Position numbers and translations under genes: made by a program. This document shows, piece by piece, positions 13,351 through 64,000 of a stretch of 64,000 nt of DNA. The number at the start of each line of letters is the position of its first letter. Within the stretch, counting starts at the first letter, position 1. The stretch comes from the human T2T-CHM13v2.0 reference genome, Homo sapiens. The notes under the pieces are model-generated. The model searched no databases, was not told the origin of the DNA, and saw nothing but the letters and a program-made list of their open reading frames with translations. Location of the stretch: assembly GCF_009914755.1 (NCBI RefSeq), contig NC_060938.1. One strand, given 5' to 3'.

Positions 13351-16161
13351 TGCTGTTGGTGGTGAGAGAAGTGTATCACAGTCATCTTCGAGGTGAGTAG
13401 AGATGATAGTGAAGTCCCAGATATAGCTGTGAATGTCTACCTCAGTAAGAAGAAGAATGAAGAAACAATGTAAAATGTATTCTCAACAAAGTGATGTTGA
13501 GAAAAATAAATGCATCCTTGTACATTTAAAGAGGATGGGAGAGGATCTCTTAGAATTTTTTACTAGCCACTGACCAGAAATTTGGAATGAAAAATGTGCT
13601 ATTTGGAAATAAGGTGAAACTAGAAAGATTGTATATTTCTTTATCTTTTAAAAGAGTTGGATGTTTAAAAAAACAAAAGTCAGTGTTCTTGAAGGCACTT
13701 TGTACTGTACAAGTTCTCTTTCCTAGTGAAGGGCTCCCCCATCCACAGAATTTGGGATAATGGGAGCAAAGTATATACAATCTAGAACAGAAGTTAAAAC
13801 AGTAGTCAGTGCAGGCTGAGAGCAAGAAGTGTCAAGGTGAATTGCATCCAGCAGGAAATCTTGTCCATGAATATTCTCTTATAGATGTCTATTAACCTCC
13901 TAAGAAAAAGGGAAGAGTTGGATTAGAGAAATAATAAAATTAATGTTCAGATCCCCTGTCTCCTCCTGCCAGAGAACAATTGCATTCATCTCCTTCTGGC
14001 CTATGTTTCTACAGAGCAACAAACTCTTAATGCCTCACAAAGGAGGAGGAGAGAGAGTTTTGGTTCAGAGATGGGAGTTTCACATGGCTCCTGCAACACA
14101 CATCTGCATGCAGGGACCAGTATTGCACAGGGGAAACTGGAGATACATTGCCCAAATTAAGAACTCTGAGGATCACGTTAGTACATTTACAAGAAACTTT
14201 CACATACTCTAGCTTGTTTGGTTTTCTCAGCACTGAGGCATGTGAAATGAAAATGAAGCCTTCTTCCCCTTATTGTGATGACAATATCTACGTGTGCTGT
14301 TAATCTATTCGCATTATTAAAACATTTCCAAACTGTAAAGACTTCTCTCTGTGTACCAATCTTCAGTTTCAAGAATGGTCTCTCTTCTGTAACTGTTAAA
14401 TATTAAGCTTACAACAGACAGGCTCTTGTGGGACCTCAGTCATGGGACTTGATTTTGTTTTAGTTTTGGAAATTTGCCCTACTTTGGGGGAATGGAGAGA
14501 TCTGGCACCTTCTGCTTCATTTTATAGGTTCAAATACCATTGAATATCACTGTGAGTTTTGGCTTGTTAAATACATTGGTAAGAGTGGGGTTTTGCTAAT
14601 ACTCCCTTTTAAGAGGAAAGAAGGGTTTAGCATTTATACTACCACTATAGCTATTTTATTAACATGTTAAAGTATAACCAAGGCCTGTTTTTAAAAACTC
14701 ATCAGATTTCCTAAACGTTGTGAAACTATGGGAGTGTAATCCAGTCTAACTTCAAAGCCTCTGCTGTAGCCTTAGTCCCCATCATCTGGCTTCTTCAATC
14801 TCCAGATGAAATTCACACAACTGCCTGAGTTGAGATATCAGTTACTGCCAGCTTTTAAGGCACTGTAAGCAATAGTTACTTTGCCCCCTTGTTGTGACTA
14901 CTTAAAAAATAGTTTTGAAATTGCATTTCTTTTATTCCACCTGTGTAGACCTGTCTGGAAAGATTTGCTTACAGAAAGTGTTTTTTCGAGGCACAGTATA
15001 GGACTGAAATTAAATGCCCCACCTTGAAACCACTCTCCTGAGGGTTGGGATTCTGACATCAGGATATAGAGCTCTACTAAAAGAGATGTTAAAACCTAGT
15101 AGGTAGTCACTGCTTCATTATGAGACAGTAGCTGTGTGTACATGGCATAACATCTTCTCCACTAGGGTGGGATATCCATTGTCCTCAGGTGGTCTTTGAA
15201 TGTGAAGCTAAAGAACCAAAATTTTCCTTTTCAGGTCTGTTTGATCACACAAGTGACTCACATAGATGTGCAAATACGCATAGAAATCCCTGACCACAGT
15301 GCCATCTTCTGCTGGGCTCAGTGTTCAGGTGGAGCCAGAGGCCACAGCCACTGATAACTGATTTTTTTTTTTTTTTTTGAGATTTGGCTTCAGGTTGGCA
15401 CAGATCTCCCATCCACAGAAGCCCTGGGGGGCTTAGGGGCTGGCTCCAGGTCACCCTGCTCTGTAAGAGGCAAGGCTGGCTGGGACAGTTTAGGAATCGG
15501 TGCCTGAATTCTTTGGGTTTCAGTTCTTTTCCACTCAGAGGCACTACCTTTTCTATCAAAACTCCTGAGCTGTCACAGCATGAGGGCTGCGCCTGGAACT
15601 AATGTGAGTTCATTTTACTACCTTCCATTCAATGTCAGGCTTTATTCTTCTACCTCTTCATCTGAAGCAGTACTTAATTTTTGCCACATCAAATGAAACC
15701 CTTCTTCAAGTTTTTACTGTCTGATGGAGTCTGAATACACTAACTGAAAAAGTTTGGTTAATAACTGGCTGAATCCTATGGTCACCTAAGGCAAGTTTCC
15801 TTCTCTCGTGGATTCCATCCAGGTGTATAGTCTAACAGTACTGTCCAGTGTGACATAGCCCCTGAAGGAAAACAACTTTACACCACTTAAATTCTTCTTG
15901 ATCCACGCTTCAGAAAATGTCCCCTTGTTATACCTAACTCACACTTCAGCATTCTCTGTGGAAATTGAGCTGGGAAGACCACCCTAGTCAAGTAGGCAGT
16001 CTGATCATTTATAGCCAACATTTAAAAATAAATACGTCATACCTTCGTGTCTTCTAAAGGCTTGAGTGGGTCATTGTCTGGGTGCTCTGGAAGTCGGATG
16101 TGTTTCTAGGTGCTGTGTGTATATGTTGGGTGGTATGTCACTTTTTTTCCCCCCTTTTTAG

Positions 16162-61744
<45,583 letters not shown>

Positions 61745-63689
61745 GTGAGTATTTTTTTGTTGTTGTTCTAATTCCTGGTCTCTTCACTATCTCTAGTGCT
61801 GGTGGTTTTCAGCAGATGGGTTGTGTTGGCATGTGGTATGCCCGGGATAAACATTTATTGATTAAAAAATAAGAACCACCACCACAAGAAGCAAAGGCAG
61901 GTTATGTTCAGCCTGGCAACTTGATTGCAGGCAGCAGGGGTCGTGGATAAGTCACTGCAGCAGGAACTGGAAACTGGACCTAGTGTGCCACCAATTTATC
62001 TGTAAGGCAGGATTCATCAGGATGAGTGGGCTGGGCTAGATGATCTTCAGGGACGCTCTCAGTTTCCAAGTGCTGCTAATATATGGTGTTCACTTTCGGT
62101 AGAGCAGTAGAACTTCTCTGTAGAACTTCTCAGTTGTTTTTGACTTGGTCCTTTGGGGAGTATTTACTAAGCAGACAGTGTAGTACATGCTCTAGCTGAG
62201 GGTCACGATGACTCAGAATCCTTGTCCTCCAGGTGTTGCAATAATCGGAGCAGCCACTTCCCTCAGCCTGGCCGCATCCAGATAAGCAGAGTGATTACGG
62301 AGGTGCCTTAAGGAAGCAGCGGGTTGAGGGTGCTTTGGAGGCATGAGGAACAATTGGCCCCTATTGGAGGAAGCTTCTCTTTTGGAAAAGAAGTTGTTTG
62401 AGCTATGGCTTAAGAGGGTAGGGTAAACTTAGGTGCATAGAGGGAGGTTATCCCAGGCATACAAGACAACCTGGGCCCAGGCCTCTGAGGAAGGAAAACC
62501 AGTCAGGCTGGCAGACTGGACCTGGTAGGATGAAACGTGCCTGTTGGCACAGTGCCCTGCGGGTACTCTGCAGATGCAGCTGCCAGCGAGAGAGGGGGCA
62601 GGGATGAGAACAGGCTGGCAGAGTAGCGTCCCTGGTGTCTGTGCTCAAAGCAGCCATAGCTTGGGCCTGCTCTGGGTGAAGGAGACGGATTTGCAGGCAG
62701 CTTGGAAAGGTGCCTCTCATAAGTATCCTTCAGATCATTTATCAGTAATGCTGTGAGGACTCTCCCTTCTTTTCGTTTTTGAATCACAAAACTGCCATAG
62801 AAAGTAGTTGAATTAATTAAAGACATACCTCTAATAAAAATTAAAGTCACAATGTCTAATTTTTTTTTCAATAAATTAAGGAGCATGTGAGGTTTTTTTC
62901 CTTTTTTTTTTTTTTTAATGTAGGGAGTAGGGGGCAGTATTAAAAAAAAAATTCTACTGATTGAACTTTTTCTCCCAGCCCCAGAGGGTCCATGGTCATT
63001 ATGATGGCCCTAAAGCCTGGCTCTGACCCCTGCTTCTGAGCCAGGTCAGAGCAAGGCCTGGGGTGGAGGCTTCTGGGGAAATTTTGTGTTGTTGCTTTAT
63101 TAAAGGATAGTTTTGCTGAAATCACTCTATCCCTTGGGTCATATACACTGCATCACACTTTTTATAGGAGAGGGGCTATAGAAGCCTCCCCTACCCTTGG
63201 AGGTGACGTAGTATTGTAAGAAAATAGTGGGGGCAGAGCTTCGCCTGGCCAAATATATATGTGTTCTAATTGTGCTTTACACAAATTAATTATATTGTTT
63301 GAAGGTATCAAAGATGAATATTTATGAAATTATACATTAATGAAACACTTTCAAATGCCTTTCCCGTCCCCACACTGAACACAGATACACTCACTTTCCA
63401 AGCTAAAGTACTGGAATCATGGCAATTTCTTCCAATCAGTGCCAGCTCCATAATTGATGAGTTTTCACTTCCGTTATTTCATTTGAGTGTAGTGATGATG
63501 TGGATGTTGCCCTCTTACAAAAAAAAAAAAAAAAATCAATAAACTGAGGCCCAGAGCAACATGCCATGGTTAAGAACCAAATCAGTGGTAGAGCTGAGTC
63601 AGAACTGATAAACTGTGATGACTACGCTCCTGCTTGTGAAGATCTCTGCCAATGCAAGAAAATAAGGGAGAATCCAGTTTAAGTCAATT

Positions 63690-63910
63690 GGTATACAACA
63701 TAGTTATTACCAAGACTCTGGAGTCAGGCAGGCCTGAGTTCAAATTCTGGCTCTGTCACTGGTCAGCACTACTTCAGGGCAAGTAATATAGCCCTCCAAA
63801 CCTTAATTTATATGTTTGTATAATGGGAATAGTGATCCCTCACTCATAGGGATGTTGTGAACTTTAAATAAGAATGTGCATCTGGCAATGATTAAATTAA
63901 CCATTAACAT
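63690..63910 (+). mobile_element. MIR
   Basis: gactctggagtcaggcaggcctgagttcaaattctggctctgtcact...ctcatagggatgttgtga. Confidence 0.75.
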
Positions 63911-64000
63911 TAGATTTGAATCATCTGCGTTCATTGCTGTGATAATGGAAATATGGATAATTAACAAGAGACTAATTCCCCTACAGGCCTGTTCACAAAA

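Noticed and set aside
62107-62132. Small direct repeats (gtagaacttctc x2; also ~18630, ~37720, ~57505)
   Set aside because: Ordinary slippage micro-duplications with no functional pattern

Overview
Primate (human or great-ape) genomic DNA lying wholly inside the formin gene DAAM1 on the + strand. Twenty coding exons (16162-61744) can be spliced by hand with canonical AG/GT sites and consistent phases. They give 2451 nt / 817 codons matching my recollection of DAAM1 residues ~92-908: GBD/FH3 (DID/DD), coiled coil, polyproline FH1 and most of FH2, including the 30-nt neural microexon DFFVNSNSKQ at 39271-39300. Exon numbers ('~4' etc.) assume one non-coding first exon. The start-codon exons and the C-terminal DAD exons lie outside the window. 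Introns carry about 11 Alu/FLAM copies, old L1M, L2 and MIR fragments and DNA-transposon relics (Tigger4, MER44, MER58, MER5); subfamily calls are by eye. Almost all ORFs in the supplied track are intronic or repeat noise. I see no new protein-coding system. The unexplained signals are RNA-level: a 108-bp tandem duplication that builds a recursive-splice-type poison exon, a 139-nt near-perfect hairpin, three anti-donor elements plus a polyA signal at the regulatory/catalytic domain boundary, a cryptic exon ending in an in-frame Kozak ATG, a cryptic cassette near the microexon, and inverted Alu pairs placed for back-splicing. These are hypotheses from sequence only.
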